Assembly: GCA_943356375.1 (NCBI GenBank) | Contig: CALRET010000001.1 | Span: 1 to 48,437, forward strand | Direction: 5' to 3' | From: Candidatus Nomurabacteria bacterium | GTDB lineage: Bacteria; Patescibacteriota; Minisyncoccia; Phycocordibacterales; UBA9973 | DNA: 48,437 bases | In this document: positions 19,256-29,529 of the stretch, in pieces | Position numbering within the stretch: the first letter of the stretch is position 1 | Layout: the number at the start of each line of letters is the position of its first letter | Translations under genes and position numbers: made by a program | The notes under the pieces: model-generated | What the model was told of the DNA's origin: nothing | What the model saw: only the letters and a program-made list of their open reading frames with translations | Databases searched by the model: none

Positions 19256-21163
19256 ATGGAGGATCACCGAGATAGAATTGAAGAAGCGAAAGAAAAACTC
19301 TACAGTCGAAACGTAGATGCTATTCGTGTAAGAAAAGATCGTGTTCTCAAATCTATTGAACATATTGTTCCTGAGTCTTGGCAAGTTACTCCCGAGAAAA
19401 AAATGAAAGTACAAAAACTACTTCTTGATACATCAGTATTTAAAAAGTTCTTCCTATTCTGCCTTGCCATTCTAGGACTTTCGATTGTCGTCGCAGGGTT
19501 TGTTTTCTTGAAAGGGACGGGAACAGTCTCAACTGATAATGTTGAAATAGAAATCCTTGGTAATGCATTTACCGAAGGTGGCGCTGAACTTCCAATTCAA
19601 ATACAAGTTATTAATAAAAATGCCACACCACTTGAGCTCACTGACCTTTTTGTGGAATATCCACGTGGGTCTGATGGTATGACCAACCAGGATTTTGAAA
19701 GAAAACGTATTTCCATTGGTACTATTGGTGCCGGGAAAAGTGCACAGGAAATTATTCCACTCACTCTATACGGTGAAGAAGGTGTTGTGCAGACTATCCG
19801 CGCTCGTCTCGAATATCGCATCAAAGGATCAAATGCAATATTCGTAAAAGAAAAAACATATGATGTATCTATTTCGAGTGCTCCACTTGAATTGGCAGTT
19901 ACTGCACCTGCAAGCGCAAGTTCTGGAGAAGAAATTACTTTCAAGGTTGTTTTGAGATCACATGCAGCAAAAGTTTCTCCGCGCATGCGATTGGTTTTTG
20001 AATTTCCTCCAGGATTCGAACCGACTACATCTATTCCCGAAGCATCTTCTGGTGATACCATCTTTGATCTTGGAGATCTTCCACCTGATGCAGAAAAAAC
20101 AATAATTGTTAAAGGTGTCCTTCAGGGTATTGATGGAGATGAAAAAATGTTCCGTGTGTATAGTGGTGAAGGTGATCCGAAAGACGATTCTAAAATTGAT
20201 GTGGTCTACAATTCAACACTGCATACCATGGTGATCGATCGTCCATTTATTGAAGCACGACTACTGATCGGTAACAAAGATTCAGATGTGTATGCCGCAC
20301 GAACAGGGTCTCCGATTAACGCGAAGGTAAAATGGCAGAACAATCTCCCAGAAAAAGTTATTGACGCTGAAATATCTGTTTCTATAGATGGTAATGTATA
20401 CAAAGAAGACACACTGAAGACTGATGGATTCTATAACGCAGTAACTAATACAATTAGTTGGAACAAAAATATTGATAGCAAATTCGCATCTGTTGAACAA
20501 GGTGAAGGTGGTACCCTCGATCTATCATTTAATACACTTCCTTTGGTAACAGGACAGGGGACAGTGATTTCAGATCCACATGTCACTATTACCGTTTCTA
20601 TTCGCGGCAAGACCGCGAGCAGTGGATCTATTTCAGAAATCAATAATTCATCAACCAAAACAATTAAAATCATCACTGATACACAATTTACTTCTGTTGC
20701 ATCATTTACCAGTGGTCCATTTGTAAACAGTGGCCCACTTCCTCCATCGGTTGATGATAAGACAACCTATACAATAACCTGGAGTATCAAGAATACTGCA
20801 AGTCCACTCGGTAGTGGTGTTGTTCGGGCGGTGCTTCCACTCTTTGTTTCTTGGGAAAATACAACAAGCCCTACGAATGAACAAATAACCTTTGATGAGG
20901 CAACTCGCGAAGTAACTTGGAACACTGGAACTGTTCAGCAAGGGTCAGGATTCAGTGCTCCACTCAAAACCGTGTCATTCAAAGTTGGACTAACACCAAC
21001 ACAAAATGAATTGGGCCTCGTGCCTGAACTTATTGGTGAATCGGTATTAACCATCCGAGACTTGTATACGGGTGTTGATATATCACTCAAGAGAAATCCA
21101 CTCTTAACACGTATTACCAGTGATGGAACCTTTGTCTTCGGAAAAGAAACAGTGGTTGAATAG
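19256..21163 (+). CDS. Membrane-anchored protein with several beta-sandwich domains
   Basis: One TM helix near residues 65-85, then a beta-rich extracytoplasmic region. Confidence 0.75.
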   Translation: MEDHRDRIEEAKEKLYSRNVDAIRVRKDRVLKSIEHIVPESWQVTPEKKMKVQKLLLDTSVFKKFFLFCLAILGLSIVVAGFVFLKGTGTVSTDNVEIEILGNAFTEGGAELPIQIQVINKNATPLELTDLFVEYPRGSDGMTNQDFERKRISIGTIGAGKSAQEIIPLTLYGEEGVVQTIRARLEYRIKGSNAIFVKEKTYDVSISSAPLELAVTAPASASSGEEITFKVVLRSHAAKVSPRMRLVFEFPPGFEPTTSIPEASSGDTIFDLGDLPPDAEKTIIVKGVLQGIDGDEKMFRVYSGEGDPKDDSKIDVVYNSTLHTMVIDRPFIEARLLIGNKDSDVYAARTGSPINAKVKWQNNLPEKVIDAEISVSIDGNVYKEDTLKTDGFYNAVTNTISWNKNIDSKFASVEQGEGGTLDLSFNTLPLVTGQGTVISDPHVTITVSIRGKTASSGSISEINNSSTKTIKIITDTQFTSVASFTSGPFVNSGPLPPSVDDKTTYTITWSIKNTASPLGSGVVRAVLPLFVSWENTTSPTNEQITFDEATREVTWNTGTVQQGSGFSAPLKTVSFKVGLTPTQNELGLVPELIGESVLTIRDLYTGVDISLKRNPLLTRITSDGTFVFGKETVVE

Positions 21164-21262
21164 CCTTATTTGAAAAAAACCCTAAAAAAAGGTAAGGTAG
21201 AGGAATACATACAGATAGTAGCTCGTAGCTTACAGCTTGTAGGTAAAAAATACAAACAATAT

Positions 21263-22651
21263 ATGAACGAAGGAAAAAGTAAAAATTCTAATGTGATGGA
21301 AAAATTGATCTCACTCTGCAAGCGCCGAGGGTTTATTTTTCAGGGTTCTGAAATATATGGTGGACTCGCTGGTATTTATGATTACGGACCACTGGGAGTT
21401 GAATTTCGCAACAATATAAAAAATTATTTCTGGAAAGCTTTTATTACAGACAGAGAAGATACCTACGGTATGAGTGCTGCAATCCTCATGCCTGAAAAAG
21501 TATGGCAAGCATCAGGACATACAGAACTTTTTACTGATCCGTTGGTTGAATGTAAGATTTGTAATGAACGTGTTCGCGCTGATCAACCTGAAGCGATTCG
21601 TGACCATGAGTCAACTCATGCAAAAGATGGAGCAAAAATGGCATGGTCTGAACCGCGTGTATTCAATTTGCTTGTTGAAACTAAACTTGGCGCATCTGAG
21701 AAAACTGCAACATCAGTGTATTTGCGTGGAGAGATAACTCAGGGTGTGCATGTTAATTTTAAAAATGTGTTGGATTCAATGCATCCTAAAATTCCATTCG
21801 GTATCGGACAAATTGGTAAGGCATTTCGCAATGAAATTACGCCGCGCGATTTTCTATTCCGCCAGAGAGAATTCGAACAGATGGAAATTCAATACTATAT
21901 AAAACCTGAAGAAGCAGAAGGGGAGAGACTCTTTGAATACTGGAAGCAATTTGCCCTTGAGTGGTATTATGGACTCGGATTTAAAAAAGAAAGTCTTCGT
22001 TTGCGACAACATGCACTTGATGAACGGGCTCACTATGCGAAAGATGCGTGGGATATTGAATACAATATGCCGGATGTCGGCTGGAAGGAAGCATGGGGAA
22101 TTCATCATCGAGGAGATTGGGATTTGCGTCGTCACTCTGAATTTTCAAAAGTAGATCTCTCATATTTTGACGAGACAACCAAAGAACGATTTATTCCATG
22201 GGACATAGAATGTTCTGGCGGTGTTGATCGTGCAGTATTGTTTACATTACTCGAAGCATACACCGAAGATGAACTGGGCGGTGAACCACGAGCGTATCTC
22301 AAATTAAAGCCTGGAATGGCCCCGATTCTTGCTGCCGTTTCTCCGCTTCTCAAAAACAAACCAGAACTTCAAACAAAGGCACGAGAAGTATTCGTCATGC
22401 TCAAGAAAGAATTTGGCAGTATTGCATATGATGACAATGGAAACATTGGCAAGCGCTATCGCAGACAAGATGAGATAGGTACACCATGGTGTATCGTTAT
22501 TGATTTCGATACCATTGGGGACCCTTCGAATGCTTCAGGGCAGGAAAAAACGGAACTACTCGATACGGTTACTATCCGTGATCGTGATACGGGAGCTCAA
22601 GAGCGAATTGCCATCAGTGAATTAATTTCTTATATTAAAGGAAGATTATAA
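21263..22651 (+). CDS. glyQS: Glycine--tRNA ligase (alpha2 type)
   Basis: LCKRRGF, YDYGPLG, GKAFRNEITP, FRQREFEQME, IGKRYRRQDEIGTP. Start moved to ATG 21263. Confidence 0.97.
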   Translation: MNEGKSKNSNVMEKLISLCKRRGFIFQGSEIYGGLAGIYDYGPLGVEFRNNIKNYFWKAFITDREDTYGMSAAILMPEKVWQASGHTELFTDPLVECKICNERVRADQPEAIRDHESTHAKDGAKMAWSEPRVFNLLVETKLGASEKTATSVYLRGEITQGVHVNFKNVLDSMHPKIPFGIGQIGKAFRNEITPRDFLFRQREFEQMEIQYYIKPEEAEGERLFEYWKQFALEWYYGLGFKKESLRLRQHALDERAHYAKDAWDIEYNMPDVGWKEAWGIHHRGDWDLRRHSEFSKVDLSYFDETTKERFIPWDIECSGGVDRAVLFTLLEAYTEDELGGEPRAYLKLKPGMAPILAAVSPLLKNKPELQTKAREVFVMLKKEFGSIAYDDNGNIGKRYRRQDEIGTPWCIVIDFDTIGDPSNASGQEKTELLDTVTIRDRDTGAQERIAISELISYIKGRL

Positions 22652-22654
22652 AAT

Positions 22655-22679
22655 AAAAACCCGCAATTGCGGGTTTTTT
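22655..22679. terminator. Bidirectional intrinsic terminator
   Basis: AAAAACCCGCAATTGCGGGTTTTTT. Confidence 0.8.
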
Positions 22680-22686
22680 GTCTGAT

Positions 22687-23574
22687 TTAAAATTTCTTAT
22701 TTACTTTCTTGAATTCACGGAACCAGTCTATAACATCAGGAACATTTTTTTCATGGACAACAATATGTTCGTCCATCTCGATCATCTCCATAGAGATATC
22801 TGGATTGAATACAATGAAGTCATCTTTTTTTCGAGATAAAAATTGGAATCCAAGTTTTTTAGATATACCTATAATAGGGGTTCTATCCCAAGGGGTGGCT
22901 TTTCCTTCTTGAAGTATCAATGCTCCAACCTCTCCTTTCCAAAGTCTCCCGAACATTGTTCCAATAGAACCGCTATCAATATTGATATCTTTGAAAAGTT
23001 CTCCTGGAAGAGTCATTCGTTCAATCACTTTCGAATAATTTCTTGGATGAGTTCTGAGTACCACAACTTGATTTTTCAATGGTTTCTTAACCAGAATCCC
23101 AAGTCTCTGTGGAAACTTGTAATTAATTAACCTGTGAACTTTATCTGATTTTGGTCTGTAATAATACAGTTCTTTTGTAAATACATCACCGATCCATACT
23201 CCAATAATCTCTTTATTTTTTACTAGTGCAACCATTGTGGCAACACCGTGAGATTGTTTTCGAATGAATGCTTTTGTTCCATCAAGTGGATCAACAGTAA
23301 ACCAGAGACCTAATTCACCTGGTTCTTTTCTTAGGTTGTCTTCTTCTCCGATGATTCCATAATCAGGAAAACTCTCTTTGAATATTTGTGTGTAGATGTG
23401 TTGAGCAGATATATCTGCAGAAGTTACAAAATCCTCTTCTTTCTTATAATCAACCACTTTCTGTTTAGCTTCGAAATCAAATCTTTTTTGGTTGATTTCT
23501 TCTATTGCACGTATTACAGCTTCTTTGACTTGTCTGCTTACAGTATCAGCCGTCATATATCCAAATTCATCCAT
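22687..23574 (-). CDS. Inositol monophosphatase/CysQ family protein
   Basis: DFVTSAD, IIGEE, VDPLDGT, PWD. Confidence 0.88.
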   Translation of the reverse strand: MDEFGYMTADTVSRQVKEAVIRAIEEINQKRFDFEAKQKVVDYKKEEDFVTSADISAQHIYTQIFKESFPDYGIIGEEDNLRKEPGELGLWFTVDPLDGTKAFIRKQSHGVATMVALVKNKEIIGVWIGDVFTKELYYYRPKSDKVHRLINYKFPQRLGILVKKPLKNQVVVLRTHPRNYSKVIERMTLPGELFKDINIDSGSIGTMFGRLWKGEVGALILQEGKATPWDRTPIIGISKKLGFQFLSRKKDDFIVFNPDISMEMIEMDEHIVVHEKNVPDVIDWFREFKKVNKKF

Positions 23575-23667
23575 GTTTTATTGTTTAATTACGTCTATTT
23601 TTACTATACTAATTTCCACAGTATTGTCAATTTTCTTTATTTGGTACGTTCTGGTATTCTCTCGTAT

Positions 23668-24936
23668 ATGCGTATACACAAGAAAATTCTTAAAAACGGC
23701 TTGCGATTGATTACGGTACCTATGAAAGATACTGGAACAGTAACAGTACTTGCCTTGGTTGAAGCTGGATCAAAATATGAATCCAAAAAAGAGAGCGGAT
23801 TGTCACACTTCCTTGAACATATGTGTTTCAAGGGGACAATCAAGCGTCCACAAGCGATTGATATCTCACGAGAGCTCGATAGTCTCGGTGCACAGTCAAA
23901 TGCATTTACCTCACATGAATATACTGGTTACTATGCAAAAGGTGCAGCGAAACATTTCCCAAAACTGTTTGACGTGGTATCTGATATTTATCTAAACTCA
24001 ACACTCCCAGCAGTCGAACTCGAAAAAGAAAAAGGAGTCATTGTTGAAGAGATTAATATGTATGAAGATATGCCACAACGTCATGTGCAGGATTTATTTA
24101 TGGAACTTCTGTATGGGGATCAACCGGCAGGGTGGAGTATTGCCGGAACCAAAGAGTCTGTTCGAAGTTTCGTACAAGAAGATTTTATTGCTTATAAAAA
24201 GAATCACTATGTACCAAAGGCAACAGCAATCATTGTCGCAGGGAATATTGATGAAAAGAAAGTAAAAAATATTGCGGAGAAAATATTTGGTAGTGTTGTG
24301 TCAGGAAAAAAGAAGTCAAAATTAAAAGTTATTGACGTACAAACAAAACCTAAAATATTTCTTAAAGAAAAGAAGACAGATCAGATACATTTTGTGCTCG
24401 GTGTTCGTAGTTTTAATGTTCACAATAAAAAATCTCCCGCAACAGCACTTCTCGCTTCGATTCTTGCTGGAGGTATGTCTTCACGGCTATTTCAAAAACT
24501 TCGAGAAGAGATGGGTGTTTGTTATTATGTCAGATCATTTAATGATACATATACCGATCATGGGTTTTTTGAAATCTCTGCCGGTGTTGATACGAAGAGA
24601 TTTCAGGAAGTTATCTCAGTTATTCTTACTGAATGTAAAAAGTTGAAAGACACACCGGTAACCGATGAAGAACTTACAAAAGTAAAAGAGTATGTTATTG
24701 GGCATCAGAAGATTGAATTGGAATCTTCAGATGCGGTGGCATATTATTTTGGAGGACAGGAGATACTTAATAGACCTCTAAAGACTCCAGAGCAAGTAGA
24801 AAAAGAGATTCGCGCAGTGACCAAGGCTCAGATCCAAAAAATCGCTCAAGAGATATTTATTCAAAAAAACCTTAATCTGGCAGCAATTGGACCTAAACAA
24901 GATGAGAAAAAACTTCTCTCATTGCTCAAGTTTTAA
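23668..24936 (+). CDS. M16 (pitrilysin) family zinc peptidase
   Basis: HFLEH inverted zinc motif, NAFTS, MSSRLFQKLREEMG. Start at ATG 23668. Confidence 0.95.
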   Translation: MRIHKKILKNGLRLITVPMKDTGTVTVLALVEAGSKYESKKESGLSHFLEHMCFKGTIKRPQAIDISRELDSLGAQSNAFTSHEYTGYYAKGAAKHFPKLFDVVSDIYLNSTLPAVELEKEKGVIVEEINMYEDMPQRHVQDLFMELLYGDQPAGWSIAGTKESVRSFVQEDFIAYKKNHYVPKATAIIVAGNIDEKKVKNIAEKIFGSVVSGKKKSKLKVIDVQTKPKIFLKEKKTDQIHFVLGVRSFNVHNKKSPATALLASILAGGMSSRLFQKLREEMGVCYYVRSFNDTYTDHGFFEISAGVDTKRFQEVISVILTECKKLKDTPVTDEELTKVKEYVIGHQKIELESSDAVAYYFGGQEILNRPLKTPEQVEKEIRAVTKAQIQKIAQEIFIQKNLNLAAIGPKQDEKKLLSLLKF

Positions 24937-24957
24937 AAAGTGCTAGGATTGAAGTAT

Positions 24958-26016
24958 ATGAAGGGGGAACCACAAAAAGTCATCGTCAATATAAGTACTC
25001 GGACAATCATTAACATACTATTATTAGTGTTGCTCATTGTTGCGCTTTTTGTGTTGCGAGATGTAGTACTGGTTCTCCTTACGGCTATTGTTATTGCATC
25101 ATTTGTTGAAGCGGGAGTAAAAAAACTTAAAGAATATAGATTTTCTAGAACACTTGCGGTTATTTGTATTTACTTTGTGAGTATCCTCGTTACTACTGGG
25201 GTTTTCTATCTTGTTGTTCCAATAGTAGTTAATGAATCATCCGGACTTGTTGCGTTAGTTTCAAAATACAGTTCCTCTGGACTTATTAATGAAGTTTCTA
25301 CAGATATTTCCGGTGTTCAATCTTTTGTTTCATCATTCTCAGACGGGGGCACTTCAGTGTCAGCTGATGCGCAGTCTTTTATATCAAACATCTCAGAAGG
25401 ATTCATTGGGGTTTTTAGTGCTGCATTCGGAGGAGTTATAAATTTTTTACTCATTGTGGTTATTTCCTTTTATCTTTCTACCCAAGAAAATGGGATTCCA
25501 AATTTTCTCCGTATTATTCTTCCTCCAAAACAAGAAGAATATGCTATTGATTTGTGGCAGCGAACAGAGCGAAAGCTGGGTCATTGGATCCAAGGGCAAT
25601 TACTTCTTTCGGTTATTATTGGCACACTGACATATATAGGGTTACTTATTTTTGGTGTTAAGTATGCATTCGTCCTTGCGCTTATCACAGCATTTTTCGA
25701 ACTCATTCCGTTTGGACTTATTCTTGCTATTATTCCATCAGTTATTATTGCATATGTTGATGGGGGTATTTCACTTGGATTTATCACTCTCGCACTCTAT
25801 CTGGTTATTCAGCAATTTGAAACATACCTGATTCAACCATATGTAGTTAAAAAAATAGTAGGCATTTCTCCTCTTATGGTTATTATTTCGATCGTCATTG
25901 GCTCTCAGCTTGCTGGTTTTTGGGGAGTTATTCTTGCGGTCCCTGTAGCCGTGTGTGTTCTCGAATTCATGGATGATATAGAAAAAAGAAAAAGAAGTGT
26001 TCCGCAGGTTGAGTAA
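24958..26016 (+). CDS. AI-2E family transporter
   Basis: Multi-TM protein; WIQGQLL, IQQFETYLIQP, GVILAVP. Confidence 0.9.
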   Translation: MKGEPQKVIVNISTRTIINILLLVLLIVALFVLRDVVLVLLTAIVIASFVEAGVKKLKEYRFSRTLAVICIYFVSILVTTGVFYLVVPIVVNESSGLVALVSKYSSSGLINEVSTDISGVQSFVSSFSDGGTSVSADAQSFISNISEGFIGVFSAAFGGVINFLLIVVISFYLSTQENGIPNFLRIILPPKQEEYAIDLWQRTERKLGHWIQGQLLLSVIIGTLTYIGLLIFGVKYAFVLALITAFFELIPFGLILAIIPSVIIAYVDGGISLGFITLALYLVIQQFETYLIQPYVVKKIVGISPLMVIISIVIGSQLAGFWGVILAVPVAVCVLEFMDDIEKRKRSVPQVE

Positions 26017-26027
26017 TTATTACAGTA

Positions 26028-27470
26028 ATGAGTACTAAAAATTTTTATATTACAACTACGCTTCCGTATGTGAATGCAGAGCCGCATGTTGGTTTTGCTA
26101 TGGAGCTTATCCGAGCAGATGTCATTGCCCGTGCAAAGATCCTTCAGGGGTATGATGTTTTTTTCAATACTGGTACCGATGAGCATGGTTCAAAACTTTA
26201 TTTATCTGCACAAAAAGAGGGGATTCCTGTCCAAGAATACGTAGATAGATATGCACAGGAATTTCGTGGATTGAAAGATTTGCTCAACATTTCAGATGAC
26301 GTGCATTTTATTCGCACGACAGACAAAAATCACGAATCTGCTGCACAAGAATTTTGGAAATTGTGTGACGAAAATGGGTATATTTATAAAAAGTCATATC
26401 AGATCAAATATTGTGTTGGTTGTGAACTCGAGAAAACTGATTCAGAGCTCGTAGATGGAAAATGCCCGATTCACCCGACTTATACCATTGAATCAATCGA
26501 TGAAGAAAATTATTTCTTTAAGTTTTCAGTATTTCAAAAACAACTATTAGAATTTTATGAAAGACGACCAGATTTTGTTATACCTGATTTTCGCTTCAAT
26601 GAAATCAAAGCGTTCGTTGAGCGAGGTCTTGAAGACTTTTCTATTTCACGATTGAAATCAAAAATGCCGTGGGGAGTACCTGTTCCAGGAGATGATACAC
26701 AGGTGATGTATGTCTGGTTTGATGCATTGGTGAATTATATTTCAACTCTCGGTTGGTCAGACAACAAAGAACAGTTTGAAAAATTCTGGGTAAACGGCAC
26801 CCCTCTTCAATATTGTGGTAAAGATAATTTACGCCAACAATCGGCGATGTGGCAAGCAATGCTTATGGCGGCGAGATTGCCCAATTCTCACCAGATCGTT
26901 ATCAATGGATTTTTTACTGCTCCTGGTGGACTCAAAATGTCTAAATCTATTGGTAACGTAGTAAATCCATATGATGTGGTGAATGAATTTGGTACCGACG
27001 CACTTCGTTATTATGTTCTTGGAGAAGTCTCGATGTTCGAGGACAGTCCGTGTTCAATGGAACTTATTAAAGCGACATATAATGCAAAACTCGCGAATGG
27101 TCTTGGTAACCTTACCTCCCGTATTATGAAAATGGCGGGGACGCATTTGAGTGGTTGCCCTGAAGTAGACGAGAAATCAATTCCAGAAGAATATTTTGCT
27201 TTTCTCGACGAATACGAAATAGGGAAAGCGGTGCATTTTGTATGGGCTGAAATAACAGCACTCGATACATTGATCCAAGACAAACAACCGTTTAAATTGG
27301 TTAAAACAGACCTTGAGGCAGGGAAGGCTGTTGTAGAGGAGCTGGTAAAGAGATTGTATACTGTTGCGCGGATGTTGCATCCAATTCTCCCTGAAACATC
27401 CAATAAAATTAAAGCTCTAGTCAAAGAAAATAAGTCTCCAGAAACGCCATTATTTTTAAGGAAAGAATAA
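26028..27470 (+). CDS. metG: Methionine--tRNA ligase
   Basis: YVNAEPHVG, GTDEHG, YVWFDAL, KMSKS. Confidence 0.97.
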   Translation: MSTKNFYITTTLPYVNAEPHVGFAMELIRADVIARAKILQGYDVFFNTGTDEHGSKLYLSAQKEGIPVQEYVDRYAQEFRGLKDLLNISDDVHFIRTTDKNHESAAQEFWKLCDENGYIYKKSYQIKYCVGCELEKTDSELVDGKCPIHPTYTIESIDEENYFFKFSVFQKQLLEFYERRPDFVIPDFRFNEIKAFVERGLEDFSISRLKSKMPWGVPVPGDDTQVMYVWFDALVNYISTLGWSDNKEQFEKFWVNGTPLQYCGKDNLRQQSAMWQAMLMAARLPNSHQIVINGFFTAPGGLKMSKSIGNVVNPYDVVNEFGTDALRYYVLGEVSMFEDSPCSMELIKATYNAKLANGLGNLTSRIMKMAGTHLSGCPEVDEKSIPEEYFAFLDEYEIGKAVHFVWAEITALDTLIQDKQPFKLVKTDLEAGKAVVEELVKRLYTVARMLHPILPETSNKIKALVKENKSPETPLFLRKE

Positions 27471-27471
27471 T

Positions 27472-28251
27472 ATGTCCATCGAGAAGAAAATTAAGATTGA
27501 TGTAGTAGAGAAAACCCAAAAGATTGTAACAGAGACTGAGGGGCTTGTAGTAGAAAAAGAGAAGAGTGTTGAACAAAAAGAATTAATTTCCACTTTTCAA
27601 AAATTTGAAGAGATTGCTATTGAGGGAGAAATAACAAAGCCATATGAGTTAATAGAGGGGAATATGTTCTATGGGGTTTTTAGACGAGAAGGTTTTCCGG
27701 ATCCATTTGTTGAGTTCGATGATTATATTAGAAAATCAATTGGTATGGGGATTTATAAAAATGCAGAATTCTCAAAACCAAACCCAAGCGAAATCGTTCC
27801 ACTACTCGGAAGATACAAACAGATTGTGGACACACTGACAAATACAGTGCTTTTTGATCGTGAAAAATTAGAAGTGCTCGATGTATGGCTCGCGGAGTTT
27901 TTAGAAGATAGGATAAAGCATTTTATGAAGACTCTCAATATCCGTATACATGACATCTCCGCGTCTCGTGCTCATGGTGATGAGAAAGCACTTGTTCAAA
28001 TTGAAGAACAATTAAAACTTAAGATGCCGACAGAATTTTTACAAGAAAAACAAGAGGAGATAGAATTAATTCTCAGCGGAGATGATATTCATGAAATAGA
28101 AATTGATGAAAACCTTGTTGAGTATAGAAAATATGAATTCAAAGCATATCGTCTTGCGAAGATTTCTAGGGAAATTGCAGACAGTGTGGATGAAATCTTT
28201 AAAGATAGCAATCACGCAGATCCACTTATACCAGATAATTATCATGAATAA
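27472..28251 (+). CDS. Hypothetical acidic protein
   Basis: 259-aa ORF starting 1 bp after the metG stop codon. Confidence 0.65.
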   Translation: MSIEKKIKIDVVEKTQKIVTETEGLVVEKEKSVEQKELISTFQKFEEIAIEGEITKPYELIEGNMFYGVFRREGFPDPFVEFDDYIRKSIGMGIYKNAEFSKPNPSEIVPLLGRYKQIVDTLTNTVLFDREKLEVLDVWLAEFLEDRIKHFMKTLNIRIHDISASRAHGDEKALVQIEEQLKLKMPTEFLQEKQEEIELILSGDDIHEIEIDENLVEYRKYEFKAYRLAKISREIADSVDEIFKDSNHADPLIPDNYHE

Positions 28252-28264
28252 ATTTAAAACCCCG

Positions 28265-29362
28265 CTATCTGCGGGGTTTGTTAGTTGCAATAATTGAATT
28301 TGAATAATCTTTCTCTCCAGTTACTTCCCGTATTATGGGAATAAAAGGTGGAAACGATATACTGTCATCTATACTCATCACTTCAAGTTCGAGAAGGTTT
28401 AGTTGTATAGGGCTGCAAATAAAATCCATCTCAAAATACTGATTCTTCCATAGAAAACAGACGCGAATTTTATTTACTGGGAAACGTTCGCGATCTTGTC
28501 TTTCAAGAAATTCAACGTATTCGGATTGAGATATAAACCGCTCTATTTCTATGTTCACACCTTTTTTGATTGTTTTTTTAATCGTGTGGATGAATATAGG
28601 GGAGTTGTACTGAACTCTTTTTCTGACTCGTTCAATGGTGTTTTCCTCTGTCTGTTCCAAATAGTGCTGTGTGATATATATCTTTGCATGGGGGACAGTA
28701 ATCCCACTGATATCAAACATTGGATCAACCAAAAACTTCCTCTCTATTTCGAGTGGTTCGGGTATTCCTAAAACTCGACAGATTTCTGCAAGCGCTCGTC
28801 TCTTTTTTGTTTCAAAATCAGTAGAATTGTCGATGACGCGCAGATGCTGATGACCCAGCCATGTATGTTGTGTTTTTGTATCAAGAAGTATCGCCAGTTC
28901 AGGACTCTCATCACGCGCTGTATTATTTTCAAGAGTGTAAAATTCTCGTGCACCATCCGCAGCAGTTATCATATGTATGACAGCGTTGTAACGCAGATCA
29001 CGAAGTTCTGGGATCGAATAATTATACTTTTGTACCATTTTGTGAAAATATTCCTCATCACAATACGCCAATCCATCCATAGTGCCTCGGTTGCATATAA
29101 TTACAGGGTTTGTATATCCCTCTGAAATTGCTGCTTTCAAAAAACTGTCTTCTAAATGTATAATCGTCTCAAGAATACGATTTTGAAAATCCGGTCGCAT
29201 CTTATCTATACCACCGTTAATGAGAAGCGCCGCTGCTTCAGGAACGATATATGGTTTATATCCTCTATTGGACAAATACTCGACCGCATATGGTTGCAGG
29301 GAATCTTTTCCTCCACAGGGTCCACCAGTAGTGGCAATTTTTATTATTTTTTCAGTTGACAT
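28265..29362 (-). CDS. P-loop (AAA_28/NadR-like) plus CYTH-like domain protein
   Basis: TGGPCGGK, VPEAA, CNRG; C-terminal EIERKFL, ITQHYL, ELE, EVTG. ATG 29362 preferred. Confidence 0.85.
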   Translation of the reverse strand: MSTEKIIKIATTGGPCGGKDSLQPYAVEYLSNRGYKPYIVPEAAALLINGGIDKMRPDFQNRILETIIHLEDSFLKAAISEGYTNPVIICNRGTMDGLAYCDEEYFHKMVQKYNYSIPELRDLRYNAVIHMITAADGAREFYTLENNTARDESPELAILLDTKTQHTWLGHQHLRVIDNSTDFETKKRRALAEICRVLGIPEPLEIERKFLVDPMFDISGITVPHAKIYITQHYLEQTEENTIERVRKRVQYNSPIFIHTIKKTIKKGVNIEIERFISQSEYVEFLERQDRERFPVNKIRVCFLWKNQYFEMDFICSPIQLNLLELEVMSIDDSISFPPFIPIIREVTGEKDYSNSIIATNKPRR

Positions 29363-29529
29363 AGAACAAGTTTGTTTTTCTTTATTATACATTTAAATCT
29401 CGTACAGTCAAATCACTGCAAAATGACGAATACTATTTGGTATAGTACAATTACAATATGAAAAATAACCATTACTAATCAAAATTCTGGGCAAAGTACT
29501 ACTCAAACAATTCCAATAACAGTGAACTA

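Noticed and set aside
23386..23667. N-terminal extensions in the ORF track (M16 peptidase; also dcd, tmk, glyQS, efp and the DsbB-family gene)
   Set aside because: They overlap neighbouring genes, promoters or repeats; family similarity begins at downstream ATGs.
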